The notes under the pieces are model-generated. The model did no database searches and was not told the origin of the DNA. It was given only the letters and a program-made list of their open reading frames with translations. Shown one piece after another: positions 1 to 10,047 of a stretch of DNA of 64,000 bases. The stretch's first letter is position 1, and every line of letters starts with the position of its first letter. Where the stretch lies: contig NC_068990.1 of NCBI RefSeq assembly GCF_001194135.2, positions 61,214,858 through 61,278,857 of the forward strand, read 5' to 3'. Both the position numbers and the translations under genes were made by a program. This stretch comes from Octopus bimaculoides. Lineage: Eukaryota.

Positions 1-549
1 ATGTGCCAAAAAGCCTCATTGGTACTTGGAAACTTTTACGAAAATTAAAATGGGGATTAAATGAAAAAAATGATTTACGTGAATATCCTCACAAGAGTAA
101 TTGAAATAAATGGCGATTGTGGAACCCCCCACGCACGCACGCACGCGCGCGCGCATACACACGTGTGTCTTTGTAAATATGTTTGTATACATTTATGTAT
201 GTGTGTGTTTGTAAGAGATAGAGTGTGAGTGAGAGAAAGAGGTTTGTTGTCATGTATACGTACATGCATAAATATACATACATCTTTGGATGTATGCATA
301 TGACAACACAGCCCTTGACTCACTCACACTCTGTGTCTTACAAACATGCACGTGCACGCATACACACGTGTGTCTTTGTAGAGCGTGAAGCTTTTTGCTG
401 TTGTTACGTCAATACCGGAAGTTGACATTGAGGACCCTTTTTAAAGAAGTGAATCTTAAATATAAAGCAATATTATTTATTTTTAATTAAAAAAATCAAA
501 TGAAGAACCTAAGATTCATCCGAGGTCAAATTATTCACGCATCACAAGT
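1..549 (-). mobile_element. Non-autonomous Helitron-like element, partial, inverted copy of the element at 32247-32860
   Basis: Bases 1-370 are the reverse complement, with few differences, of about 32250-32700 (e.g. AAAGCCTCATTGGTACTTGGAAACTTTTACGAAAATTAAAATGGGGATT). That copy ends in a hairpin plus CTAG. This copy runs off the window edge and into an N gap. Confidence 0.55.
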
Positions 550-682
550 NNNNNNNNNNNNNNNNNNNNNNNNNNNNNNNNNNNNNNNNNNNNNNNNNNN
601 NNNNNNNNNNNNNNNNNNNNNNNNNNNNNNNNNNNNNNNNNNNNNNNNNNNNNNNNNNNNNNNNNNNNNNNNNNNNNNNNNN

Positions 683-714
<32 letters not shown>

Positions 715-2524
715 CATATACATATGCATATATATACATATATATATATGATGATGATGATGATATACATATGTCAGAAGTAAAAGAATTTGAATAACAT
801 CCGCATTTAAATCCATTTATTCATTTATACTATACAAGTTACTGCACATTAACCCGGAGTTTCTACCTTTGAATAGGTTGCTACATCCTTGTTACTTGCG
901 TGAATTTTGCTATCCTGGTAACTGTTTATTGAATTTTCCGTGTTAACTGTAAACAAAGGATAATTCATTCCTCCATTTATATTTATATATATATGTGTGT
1001 GTAATATAATATGATAATTAGATTCTCAGAAGTTATAATTTCTAAATTTTCCACATACATCTTTTTTAAAAGAAGAGTATTGTCACTTTAATCCTTTAAA
1101 TAACTAGTGCCTTTGACTTCCATGAAGAAAGGCACAGTCAACCTAAACGGGATTTGAACCCAAAATGTTCAGCACTGAACAATCATCTATGCCTTTTAGT
1201 GTTTAGGTAATTAGATTTCTTTATAATTACAAGTATCTATTTACCCAAGAATGAGTTATGCTACTTTTATTAATTATTAATAGACCAATATCAATTTAAT
1301 TAGAATATTGTAATATTAAGACCACATTAATTAAAATACAGCAGAAACAACTGCTACTAAATTAATTAGCAAATACTGTTCCTAATTGTGTGAACTGATT
1401 GCAACAGTGATTTTGGGTGTCAAAAAGGACATTAGTTAAATTATGATCCAACATCATGATTAATAATCAGCAAATAATGATCCAGTATCACAGTCCAATG
1501 CTGTGATCAAACATGATAACTAACAACAGTGTCATGTGTTCTGTTTACTGTCAGAGCAATTAATTAGTTTAGTAGCAATTAATTAGTTTAGTAATCTAAC
1601 TGCAAATATGAAAATAACTTAATAAAGTTGTTGTTTAGCCTCGAGAAATACATTCTACACGGTTTCTTTTCTCTTTGTATATTGGTAGGGTTGTTGAGAG
1701 AGATGAGATTTGACTGCTATTTTTAACAGTGTGATTAGCCACTTAGAAGATCCTTTGTCAACTCCAATACACTAAAGTTGTTTAACATGATTAAATTCCA
1801 TAATCTGAAGTATACTTCTAATAGGTTTGTACTTTGTTGACCCTTCAGACTGAATTTGGAATAAAATATACAAATGATAGAACAGATCCTTCAGATTGAA
1901 AAAAGACAACCCAGTTAACAATCTTTTAATTCTGCTTCATGCTATTATATTGCAGCTCTCTGGCTATAATTATGTTTTGTCTCCCTATGTTTGCCAACAC
2001 TTATTTTAAAACTACTTAACATTCTCAATCATTATATACTCTTAAACACTTTTGTTCTTCTTCCCACCTTCTAGCAATTATCTGGAACCAGGCAACTTCT
2101 AGTGCATGGCTTTAACATATGATCAGTGCCAACTATGAGAGAACTTAATAGACTTTCTGTTGTTAAGTCTAAAAGTACAATTGGCTCAGGCTGTTAATTA
2201 AAGAAAATATATTCTTATATGTCTAACTGCTTACAACAGCACAGATCCTCTTCTACAGTGAATACTTAACTGGGCCGTTAAAACTGGAACTGTGCTATAT
2301 CCATGGCAAGGACTAACATCTTAAGACAATCATCAACTAATGTTACAAATTTGTATTGATACTACATGTGAATTCATAGAACATGTGGAAAAATAGTGTA
2401 AATGCATCTCTAATTGTTTTTAAAACTTCAAGTCATCCCTGATAGAGGAGATATAAATATGTCCCATTCTAGTCATGACCATCTTGTCTTTTATATATTT
2501 AGAACTACATTGCACAATATGTCT

Positions 2525-2870
2525 TTCATCATCATCATCATCATCATTTGATGTCCGTATTCCATGCTGGCATGGGTTGGACGGTTTGACAAAAGCTGCA
2601 TCAGTCTCCAATTGAGTGTTTTGTCATGGTTTCTATGGCTGGATGCTTTTCCTAATGCCAACAACTTTACAAAGTGGTCTGGGTGCTTTTTATGTGGTGC
2701 CAACACCAGCAAGGGTGCTTTATATGTGTCACCAGCATGGTTTCTTTATACATGGCTCCAGCATGGTTGCCTTATGTGTGACACCTGCATGGGTGCTTTA
2801 TACGATACCAGTATGGGTGCTTTATATGTGACACCAGCAAGATTACTTTTTATGTGATACTAGCACTTTC
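2525..2870 (-). mobile_element. RTE-LINE 3' end / RTE-tailed repeat
   Basis: (CAT)n followed by TTTGATGTCCGTATTCCATGCTGGCATGGGTTGGACGG, the reverse complement of the family tail also seen at 4680-4897, 38863-39306 and 61835-62370. Contains short tandem GGGTGCTTT(T)ATATGTG units. Confidence 0.65.
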
Positions 2871-3290
2871 AAAGAATCAAAAGTTTTAAGAATGACAGTG
2901 TTTGTGCCTGTCAGTATATACATTTTTGCGACAACTGACACACACACATCTAAAGACACAGTCAGACACACACAGGGACAGAGATAGGCTTGAGGTGTGC
3001 ATTGATGTATGTCTGTGTGTCTTAGTATACTTATGTGACTTTACCCTCCATCACCCAACAGTGAAATGTGCTGATATTGAAAGTTACAACGACCAGATTT
3101 CATTAGAAAGTGAAAATAGTTTCACACTTTCAATTTGAACCAAAATTACAGTGTTCAATTATGAGAATGACGATGTGGGAATAATGAAAGTAATGCTTCT
3201 CTGAATTAGTCACATCTGTATTATAATAAATTCTACTCAAACAAACATTTATGAAATTGTACACATAAATATTGTATTAAAATAAGTCAG

Positions 3291-3291
<1 letters not shown>

Positions 3292-3362
<71 letters not shown>
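3292..3362. repeat. (TA)n microsatellite (representative of dozens of TA/CA/GA tracts)
   Basis: Uninterrupted TA run. Similar tracts give rise to the YI/CV/TH-rich spurious ORFs in the track. Confidence 0.95.
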
Positions 3363-3364
<2 letters not shown>

Positions 3365-3870
3365 CTTACTTTCAGATATTTTGTATACCTGGTGCAAAGA
3401 GAATATATTCTTATATACCTAAAAACCACGCTAGCCCATGAACTAACAACACACACACACACCTTGTGTGCCATGGAAAAGATTCAAAGTATATAAACAA
3501 AATTGAACACACATACCTTGTGTATGTGTGTTCAATTTTGTTTATATACCTTGAATCTTTTCCATGGCATGAAACGTTCGGACATGCTAGCAGATGGTGT
3601 TTAAACCATTTAGCATATAGTCATAGCTGATGATATGGCTTGCAGCAGGTTTTGTTCCAGTATGCTGCATTGACAACGATGAAACATCTATGTCTGTCAT
3701 TCTGAGAAGGGACCTATGTGAGTTGTTTTGATTGACTATGACTTATTTTCAGGTGTTTTTTAACACCAGGCACATAGAGAATATATTCTCTTATGCTTAA
3801 AAACTGCATCCAACCCACAAACTAACAACACACATACCTGGTGTATGTGTGTTCCATTTTGTTTATAATA
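3363..3870 (+). repeat. Repeat with an internal direct duplication and a 48-bp fold-back; possible Penelope-like terminal region
   Basis: About 3385-3470 is repeated at about 3765-3870. Palindrome arms at 3469-3516 and 3522-3569. CTGATGA...GAAAC motif at 3627-3685. Confidence 0.4.
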
Positions 3871-3874
3871 TATA

Positions 3875-4572
3875 CTAGCTGACCCTGTGCCGTCAAAAAT
3901 GACAGCTAATTGTAGTATTTATGTATAAATAAGGTACATAATAATCACAAAAACAAACATTCACATACTTCCTTTGTACATGCACACACATACACACGTA
4001 TAGAGTTGAAACACTGTTTGATTTTTCTTTCCAGCGCTGAATGTTTACCATAGAACTTCAATCATCCCACTACCAAGTTTGCCATCACCCCTTCCTTTCT
4101 CATTCATATGTTGTGACAGAGAAATACACAAGAGTATTATTACAGTAGAAGATATGGATGGTAAATAAAATTAATACATTTGTCAATGTTCACATACTTC
4201 CCTTGTACATACACACACATATACTCAGAGTTGAAATGCTGCTTGATTTTTCTTTTCAGCGTTGAACGTTCACCATCCCATATCCATTGCACACACACAC
4301 ACACAAGCATTCACATACCTCCCTTTTACGTACACACACATATGTTCACGCAGATTTGAAACGCTGATTTTTTTTCACCACTTCCTTTCTCGTTCATATG
4401 TTGTGACGGAGAAAAACAGAAGATACATGATGCACTCTTTGCCACTTTCTTTCTCTCACTCCCTCTCAGTCAAGGCTATTACTCCCACTACTTCTTCACT
4501 GAATTACTATTTTCTCTCCTTTCTCTTCACTTATACTACTCTTTCTCCTATTCCTGTCCTGCATGATTTTGG

Positions 4573-4631
<59 letters not shown>

Positions 4632-4667
4632 AATATATAAAAACACTATGCTCATTATTGTATTAGA
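3875..4667 (-). mobile_element. Non-autonomous Helitron
   Basis: Minus strand reads A|TCTAATAC... at the 5' end and ...GCTGTCATTTTTGACGGC (hairpin) ACAGGGTCAGCTAG|T at the 3' end. This gives TC start, subterminal hairpin, CTAG end, AT target and no TSD. Three diverged internal sub-repeats start near 3955, 4185 and 4305. Confidence 0.75.
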
Positions 4668-4679
4668 TGTATGTGTGCA

Positions 4680-4897
4680 GTACCGCCTGACTGGCCTTCG
4701 TGCGGGTGGCACGTAAAAGCACCCACTACACTCTCTGAGTGGTTGGCGTTAGGAAGGGCATCCAGCTGTAGAAACTCTGCCAAATAGGATTGGAGCCTGG
4801 TGTAGCCAACTGGTTTCACCAGTCCTCAGTCAAATCGTCCAACCCATGCTAGCATGGAAAGCGGACGTTAAAGGATGATGATGATGATGATGATGAT
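4680..4897 (+). mobile_element. RTE-type 3' tail repeat, young copy
   Basis: ...AATCGTCCAACCCATGCTAGCATGGAAAGCGGACGTTAAAG(GAT)n. Other copies lie near 19900-20160, 20840-20980, 28120-28230, 35780-35900, 36460-36640, 49560-49790, 58590-58960, 59205-59345 and 60700-60870. Confidence 0.7.
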
Positions 4898-5439
4898 ATA
4901 CACATTCACACACGCACATATATACTTTGCAGGTAGATTAACCACCCTAAGTGACTGTGACATGGAAATAATCTATCACGTTAGAGGGACACTGCTCTTT
5001 AGCATAGGGATCTGAATGGGTCAAGAGATCTGATGCAGACATATCTTCAACATGAACGTGGTGTGGGTGTCGGGTCATGATAGAGCAGAGTTATGTAACC
5101 TGATTAGCTTGTTGCTGCTTGATACAATAGGGGGGGGGTCTGATCTTTAGCTGCTGTGGCTCTTGGAATATGCAAAAATTATACTAAGCCATCTCCAAGA
5201 AGGCCAACAACAGCCTTGCCCAAGAGAAATTGAGGAGTGACATTATTCAGGTACTCATGTCCTCCAACCTAATGATATTATCGATACCAACCTGTCAGTG
5301 GTTACTACAACCTAATAGCTGTATCCCTGGACTTAACAACACCTAGAAGTCTTAAAGGAAGCCAAATGAGTAGCTGACTTACATCGGCATCATATCTTGC
5401 TACAACCTTGTTTTTAGAAAATTGGTGTAAAAATGTCTT

Positions 5440-5649
5440 TTATCTTTCACTTGTTTCAGCCGTTAGATGGAGACCATGCTGGAGCACTTTTGAAGAATTT
5501 AAGTTGAATGAATCGATTCCAGTATTTATTTTTCTTTTTAAGTCAGGTACATTTTCTTTCAGTCTGTTTTGCTGAACTGCAAAGTTATGGGGACATAAAC
5601 ACACCAACACCAGCTGTCAAACGGTAGCAGTGGACAAACACACACACAC

Positions 5650-5698
<49 letters not shown>

Positions 5699-5865
5699 TG
5701 AAGGGCTTCTTTCAATTTCCATCTACTAAATACACTTACAAGGCTTTGGTCAGCCCAGGGCTATAGTAGAAGGCAATTGCCTGAGATGTCATACATGTGG
5801 AACTGAACCTGGAACCATGTAGTTGGGAGCAAACTTCTTACCACACAGTCACACTGGCACCTATT
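5440..5865 (-). mobile_element. tRNA-derived SINE, family B (most abundant here, internal CA/TA linker)
   Basis: tRNA-like head (GTGGTAAGAAG...GGTTCAGTCCCA) and tail GACTGAAACAAGT. Other minus copies near 7325-8160, 13000-13625, 19130-19790, 28700-28960, 32870-33020, 37650-38055, 41560-41890, 42345-43055, 46690-47085, 49860-50310, 53900-54230, 56460-56920, 58975-59480. Plus copies near 15030-15360, 20680-20820, 21600-21830, 27440-27820, 30830-31200, 41890-42310, 45030-45415, 63370-63580. Confidence 0.8.
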
Positions 5866-6231
5866 AGCTGCAGAGTCTCAAAGTTCCCTGATAAGGAAAC
5901 TTTTAATAAAGGAGCACCTCCATTTATAACAATGCACTGAAAGAAGAGGGCTTTAGGGACAAAATTAGTTCTTCTTTACATCAACAGATAAACATTTCCC
6001 TGCTAATCACAGATACTTATAAACTTTTCAATATGCACAACTTGAAGATTAGCTTATCTCCAACTCCAACCTCAAAGGAATAGGCTCACACAAATATACA
6101 CACCCTAAAGAAGCTGGCTGTTCTTATAGAAATACAGAGCTGTGCCCATTAGATGGAGACTGTGATGCTGAGGCTAAAATATTTGAGGTGCAAGTCAGAA
6201 CAGCTTATACAAACAATACCCACATGTATTA

Positions 6232-6844
6232 TTAACCCTTTAGCATTTAAACCAGCTGTATCCAGCCTAAATTTCTCTATTTTATATTCAAACCAGCCAG
6301 AATCAGCCTCTCATACCTACCATATGTTATTCTAAAAATACAGAGTCATGTCATCGAAATTTTGAACCTATGAGATAATGTATGATTAATTCAAAACAAT
6401 GTGAATAAACAAGTATTACATTTGATAAAATGTTGTTGTTGTTGTTGGCACTCCGTCGCTTACGACCTCGAGGGTTCCAGTTGATCCGATCAACGGAACA
6501 GCCTGCTTGTGAAATTAACGTGCAAGTGGCTGAGCACTCCACACACACGTGTACCCTTAACGTAGTTCTAGGGGAAATTCAGCGTGACAAGGCTGGTCCT
6601 TTGAATTACAGGCACAACAGAAACAGGAAGAAAGAGTGAAAGTTGTGGTGAAAGAGTACAGCAGGGTTTGCCACCATCCCTTGCCGGAGCCTCGTGGAAC
6701 TTTAGTTGTTTTTCACTCAATAAACACACACAACGCCCGGTCTGGGAATCGAAACCGTGATCCTATGACCGCGAATCCGCTGCCCTAACCACGGGGCCAT
6801 TGCACCTCCACATTTGATAAAATAACCTGAATGTTAAAGGGTTA
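6232..6844. mobile_element. MITE with TTAA/CCCTTTAGCATT-type ends (piggyBac-like), carrying a nested SINE
   Basis: Starts TTAACCCTTTAGCATT and ends AATGTTAAAGGGTTA. Related fragments near 25660-25840, 40650-40710, 51295-51465 and 54700-54885. Confidence 0.55.
6432..6811 (-). mobile_element. tRNA-derived SINE, family A, full length with TSD
   Basis: Head GTGGAGGTGCAATGGCCCCGTGGTTAGG...GGTTTCGATTCC (A and B boxes) and (ACA)n tail. Direct repeat CATTTGATAAAAT at 6419-6431 and 6811-6823. Confidence 0.85.
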
Positions 6845-8444
6845 GGAAGTATGTAGTGTTCACAGAAGATTCAATAATCATAACTCTTCCTAAAGAGACT
6901 GGAACAAATGCAACACCACACTGCTCTCCAACTGCATTTAGGATTTCAAAGAGAGGTCCAACAAGAATTCCATCAACTGGAAGATACTGAGAAGATGAAA
7001 ACTTTACACCAATGGTAGTAGAGGATGTAAAGTCTGCACCGGAGAAAGGTGGCAAAGTCTGAAGTATTCATTGGACTCTATCATCTGTTTAAAAGCCAAA
7101 AGCAAAACTTTCGGCAGTTCACTACACACCAAGTGCATCTGCACACTTTGGTGTCCAACTAACCAAAAAGCAGTGAGAAACACTATTTTTAATAATTTTA
7201 TTAATGTTATCAAGTTTATATAGATTTATACACGTACATATATGGATAGATGTGCATGTACATATTTATATGCAGATATGCATGTGTGTTTACAATAATG
7301 TATCTGCACCTATATTCACATACTCTCTTTTTTACTTGTTTGAGTCACTTGACTGCAGCCATGCTGGAGCACTGCCCTTAGTCGAGAAAATCGACCCCAG
7401 GATTTATTCTTTGTAAGCCTAGTACTTATTCTATCAGTCTCTTTTTGCCAAACCGCTAAGTTTGGGGGGACAAACACAGATACATATACATATATATATA
7501 TATTATTTTGTTTAAAAGAGTTCCAACACTGTCTGTTTTTTTTATGTTTTATTTATATTCCTGCAGAACCAATGTGGGGTATAGAATATGGAATATACAA
7601 TATATAATATAAAATAAAATTTTTAAAAAATGGATGGCACCATGAAAGAAAGTATTGAATGTAGATGAAATATTGAGTGTTCAATATAAAGGATCAAATA
7701 TATAAATATATAAATATAAATATATAAGGGCGACTCGAGTTTCAGGGCNNNNNNNNNNNNNNNNNNNNNNNNNNNNNNNNNNNNNNNNNNNNNNNNNNNN
7801 NNNNNNNNNNNNNNNNNNNNNNNNNNNNNNNNNACATTGGTTCTGCAGGAATATAAATAAAACATAAAAAACAGACAGTGTTGGAACTCTTTTAAACAAA
7901 ATAATATATTCCTCTATACACAATCATACAAAAAAACCACCTTTTTTGTATTTATTTTTACTTGCATATATATATATATATATATATACGCACATATATA
8001 CGACAGGCTTCTTTCAGTTTTCGTCTACCAAATCCACTCACAAGGCTTTGGTCAGCCTGAGGCTATAGTAGAAGGCACTTGCCCAAGGTGCCACGCAGTG
8101 GGACTGAACCCGGAACCATGTGGTTGGTAAGCAAGCTACTTACCACACAGACACTCCTGCGCCTACATATATTTTTTATACCTTTCTATAATTTTATATC
8201 AATATTTCATATAATTTTATGCATAATTATATTTTCTGTCCACACCCCACCTAAAATCATTTATATATGCACATATATATTTTCATATACACATTTCATA
8301 CATTTTTAAAAAATAAATGTTTTACATAATTGCTCATATAACATATGCATTATTATTATTATTATATATTTCCCTATTATCATAATTTCATTTCTACATT
8401 TTATTTTTTCTTAACTAACTGATTGTTGTTATTAGTATTATTGG

Positions 8445-8650
8445 CAGCAAGCTGGCAAAATTGTTAGCATGGTGGGCAAAATGCTTAGCAGCATTTCGTT
8501 CGTCTTTACATTCTGAGTTCAAATTCTGCCATTCATCCTTTCAGGGTTGATAAAAGAAGTACCAGTCAAGCATAGTGGAGGGTCGATGTAATTGATTTAC
8601 TCCTTCCACCAAAATTGTGGGCCTTGTGCCTATGGTAGAAAGGATTATTA
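8445..8650 (+). mobile_element. tRNA-derived SINE with a Meta-domain-like centre (family E)
   Basis: GGCAGCAAGCTGGCAAAATTGTTAGC head, then TTCATCCTTTCAGGGTTGATAAAAGAAGTACCAG, resembling the MetaSINE domain from memory. Other copies near 19420-19635, 22420-22610, 34850-35320 (two), 44305-44850 (several) and 46460-46680. Confidence 0.6.
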
Positions 8651-8781
8651 CTTATCTATTTAATATATTTGATATTTCTATATCTATTATATTTATGATC
8701 CTTATTATTGTAGCTATTATTTTTTAACTTTATCTTGTTTTTGCTCTTATTTTCATTTTTATTGTTATTATTATAGTTGTT

Positions 8782-9030
8782 GTGGAGGCGCGTGGCTTAG
8801 TGGTTAGGGTGTCAGCATCATGATCATAAGATTGTGGTTTCAATTCCTGAACTGGGCGACACATTGTGTTCTTGAGCAAAACACTTCATTTCACGTTGCT
8901 TCAGTCCACTCAGCTGGCAAAAATTAGTAACGCTGCGATAGACTGGCATCCCGTCCAGCTGGGGAACACATATGCCATTGAAACCAGGAAACCGGGCCCA
9001 TGAGCCTGGCTAGACTTTAAAAGGGTGCAT
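8782..9030 (+). mobile_element. tRNA-derived SINE with a CORE-like centre (family D)
   Basis: GTGGAGGCGCGTGGCTTAGTGGTTAGGG head and TTGAGCAAAACACTTCATTTCACGTTGCTTCAGTCCACTCAGCTGGCAAAAAT centre. Other copies near 12095-12330, 24178-24492, 25430-25640, 26010-26345, 33838-34088, 36740-37085, 39397-39641 and 40715-41040. Confidence 0.7.
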
Positions 9031-9239
9031 TTATTATTTTTTTTATTATAGTTGTTATTGCCTTTTCAAAGGTTAAATTTAATTTTTATTGAATTTCATT
9101 TTTGTAATTACTGCAGCATTAACATTCCCAACATATGTGTGTGTGTGTGTGTGTGTGTTTTCATATAGCTGATGCATGTGTATGGATATGTATATAGATG
9201 TATGTGTGTGTGCATATGTTTGTATTTTGGAAGGATGTT

Positions 9240-9610
9240 AGCCTTGGGAGACCGTGGATCTCCTCATCTTACTGAAAAGATGATACCTCTCTGGGCTAGG
9301 CCATGAACATTGCTTGCATTTTCTATAAAACTCCTCACAAAAATAGAAGATTAATCGTAGAAGCCATGCACATCATGCAACAGAATGCTAAAATAAACAT
9401 GTAAACAGCACATACATCAAAAAATTAAAACATGGACACCAAAATGAAAACCTGAGTTCAAAATATTTGAGCTCAACAAAAATTAACAGATGAGTACTAG
9501 CCATTAGGGTCAAAAACACTTCCAACAGGTTTTTGTATTTGGTTTGAAGAGTGAGGGCTTGTCAGTGATGGGTCATGAATAACGACGAAAGGACTGACAA
9601 AACTATTAAT
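9240..9610 (+). pseudogene. Penelope-like element 3' remnant: GIY-YIG C-terminus plus a decayed hammerhead-like motif
   Basis: 9303-9404 translates MNIACIFYKTPHKNRRLIVEAMHIMQQNAKINM*, resembling the KRxxxEAxHI...xN end of PLE endonucleases. Paired motif TTGTCAG-TGATGG-GTC..GAC-GAAA-GGA-CTGACAA at 9559-9600. Confidence 0.55.
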
Positions 9611-10047
9611 TGATTGATTAGTCAACAAACTATTGGACAGTTAGTTGGTAAGATAAAGCAGTGGTAGTGAACCAGTGTGTGTGTCTGTTTCTTTCAATTG
9701 TTATTGGTATAATGATCAACACAAGACACGACTTCTGGTAAGTAAGTTTCTAGAAATTTAACTAATGTATATGAAGTAATACAATTCTTGAACATGTGAC
9801 TGTGAATGTCTGATGTGTAAAATATGGATTTAGGAACCATGTTGTTCCAAACTAACAATAACAATCCAATAAAAAAATATAGAAAATCTATAATAAATAA
9901 GATAAAGCTAAGGTACAATTGAAACATGTACAAAAGAAAAGCTGTTCCCATATATACATATACATGCATATCCATGTACACACACAGATTTATTTGTATA
10001 TATACATTTCTCTCTCTCTCTCGCTATATATATATATACATACATAT

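Larger units (their letters stand above)
5872..7170 (+). pseudogene. Decayed Penelope-like element (Neptune-type): RT C-terminus, Cys linker and GIY-YIG endonuclease, interrupted by a MITE
   Basis: Plus-strand translation through stops and frameshifts gives YNNALKEEGFRDKI (about 5930-5970) and GCSYRNTELCPLDGDCDAEAKIFEVQVRTAYTNNTHMYY (about 6117-6232). After the insert it gives HRRFNNHNSS*RDWNKCNTTLLSNCI*DFKERSNKNSINWKILRR*KLYTNGSRGCKVCTGERWQ (about 6860-7065). These match the remembered PLE pattern CxCR...CPLxGxC...YIG...RFxNH...LSxxIWxLK...WxIL...CxLCxxEK. Confidence 0.75.

Noticed and set aside
849-946. Minus-strand acceptor plus 31-codon open frame (NTENSINSYQDSK...ETPG*)
   Set aside because: Short, no recognisable homology and no linked exon, so chance occurrence is plausible.
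6834-7213. Protein-like minus-strand ORFs (MPPFSGADF..., MITLIKLL...)
   Set aside because: They are antisense shadows of the plus-strand Penelope GIY-YIG remnant.
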